The notes under the pieces were generated by a model. It was not told the origin of the DNA. It saw only the letters and a list, made by a program, of their open reading frames with translations, and searched no databases. From positions 1-55,761 of the IMG/VR virus record IMGVR_UViG_3300037483_001815: a stretch of 55,761 bases of DNA, one strand, 5' to 3'. Below, one piece after another: positions 54,743-55,761 of this stretch. The stretch comes from a virus (Duplodnaviria > Caudoviricetes). The stretch's first letter is position 1. Every line of letters begins with the position of its first letter. The position numbers were made by a program, and so were the translations under genes.

Positions 54743-55761
54743 GCGTCATCCCCCACCCGACCAAAAGTAAAAAAGAACCTGGCAGGCATTGGTATGTCGT
54801 TATCGGCTACGGCAAGAACCGCACCTACATCCCGTTCACCGGCTCCTTCGACGCCGCCGCCGAATACGAAAGGACGGTGCGGCAGACGTCAGGCAAAGCC
54901 GAGGTGATCCACTCCGCGCCGCGCATCAAGGATCTGGTTCTTGACTTCTATAAATTTTATGAGAACGAAGTGGCCGAAACCACCATGCTGGACACCAGAT
55001 CGGTTTTCAGCGCCCAGCTTGTTGCCTTCTTCGGCCTGCATCAGCCGCAGTCCCTGTCCATAACCCTGGTCAATCAATACAAAAAAAAACGGCTGGACGA
55101 AGGCGTCAAGCCGAGAACCATCAACAAAGAGCTGTCCATCCTGAACAGCCTGATTAAATGGGCGGTCAGGGCTGGCCACTGTCAACCCCTCGCCTTCTCA
55201 TTCCCTCTCTTCCCGCAGAAACGCACTCAGGCCGAGCCGAAACACCCGCTCACCAGCCGGCAGGCCACCGCCATCTACCAGGCCATCGAGCCGGCATATC
55301 GGCTTATCTATCTGCTCATGGTAGACGCCGGCCTGCGGATCAGCGAGGCCCTGCAGCTACGGGCCGAGAACATCAACGAGCACCTGCGGACCATCACCAT
55401 CCTGGGCAAGGGCTCGAAATACCGGATCATCCCGTGGACCACGGACCGGCTGGAAAGGGAACTGCTGGCCGCACTCGAGCACAGACCATCCGGCTTCCTC
55501 AGCATTAACGGCAAAACAGGCAAACCGTTCTACCGCATCAGAAAGGCTTTGGCCAGGGCGGCGCAGGCGGCGGGGATCGAGCGCAATGTCCACCACCACC
55601 TGCTGCGCCACACCTTTCTGTCCCTGGCCGCGGAACGCGGCGTCAACGCCCACGCCCTGCAGCAACTGGCTGGCCACGCCAGCATCGAAACGACCAACAA
55701 AATCTACACCCACATCCGGCAGGACTTCGTCCGCCAGGAGGTAGAGAAGCTGCGCGATTAG
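54739..55761 (+). CDS. int: Tyrosine recombinase, phage integrase
   Basis: GLRISEAL (R), GKG (K), HLLRH, LAGH, IYTH (Y); no IntI-specific insertion evident. Confidence 0.95.
   Translation: MSVIPHPTKSKKEPGRHWYVVIGYGKNRTYIPFTGSFDAAAEYERTVRQTSGKAEVIHSAPRIKDLVLDFYKFYENEVAETTMLDTRSVFSAQLVAFFGLHQPQSLSITLVNQYKKKRLDEGVKPRTINKELSILNSLIKWAVRAGHCQPLAFSFPLFPQKRTQAEPKHPLTSRQATAIYQAIEPAYRLIYLLMVDAGLRISEALQLRAENINEHLRTITILGKGSKYRIIPWTTDRLERELLAALEHRPSGFLSINGKTGKPFYRIRKALARAAQAAGIERNVHHHLLRHTFLSLAAERGVNAHALQQLAGHASIETTNKIYTHIRQDFVRQEVEKLRD

Larger units (their letters stand above)
1..55761. mobile_element. Temperate podovirus-like prophage/phage genome segment (left end truncated, att sites not in window)
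   Basis: Ordered terminase-portal-scaffold-capsid-adaptor-nozzle-fibre-ejection module with no tape measure or sheath; CI/Cro switch, primase-helicase, tyrosine integrase. Confidence 0.95.

Noticed and set aside
54739-55761. Integrase as the integron integrase for the attC array
   Set aside because: Looks like an ordinary phage integrase without the IntI-specific insertion, lies 12 kb away, and no attI was recognised; an HMM test would settle it
1-55761. tRNA/rRNA genes, attL/attR, host taxonomy
   Set aside because: None recognisable by eye; the window ends at the integrase stop and contains no host genes

Overview
The window is almost certainly most of a temperate, podovirus-like (pro)phage. 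It is truncated on the left inside a gene and ends on the right exactly at the stop codon of a tyrosine integrase, so no att sites are visible. Positions 1-36.3 kb hold a minus-strand late operon: TerS, TerL, portal, scaffold, major capsid, lysis genes, adaptors, nozzle, a 1759-aa tail fibre, ejection proteins, and a 4524-aa polyvalent DarB-like protein (ParB-like, SF2 helicase, N6-MTase and zincin domains, plus an intein). Positions 36.3-39.5 kb hold a serine resolvase with a res-like site and an origin-like repeat region. Positions 39.6-53.3 kb hold a minus-strand early operon (P4/D5-type primase-helicase, exonuclease, radical SAM, Lar-like, ASCH-like, Bro-N, Cro). Positions 53.4-55.8 kb hold CI, two cargo genes and the integrase. 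Four signals stand out. (1) An array of integron-type attC sites at 40.7-42.6 kb packages phage early genes as antisense gene cassettes with perfectly complementary core sites, with no IntI in the window. (2) Protein-like ORFs with their own RBS are nested in the +1 frame of disordered linkers of the giant gene. (3) Three covarying RNA hairpins sit directly in front of the scaffold RBS. (4) A 15-nt motif from the res-like site recurs 16 kb away between cro and the antirepressor. All product calls come from motif recognition only; no database searches were run.
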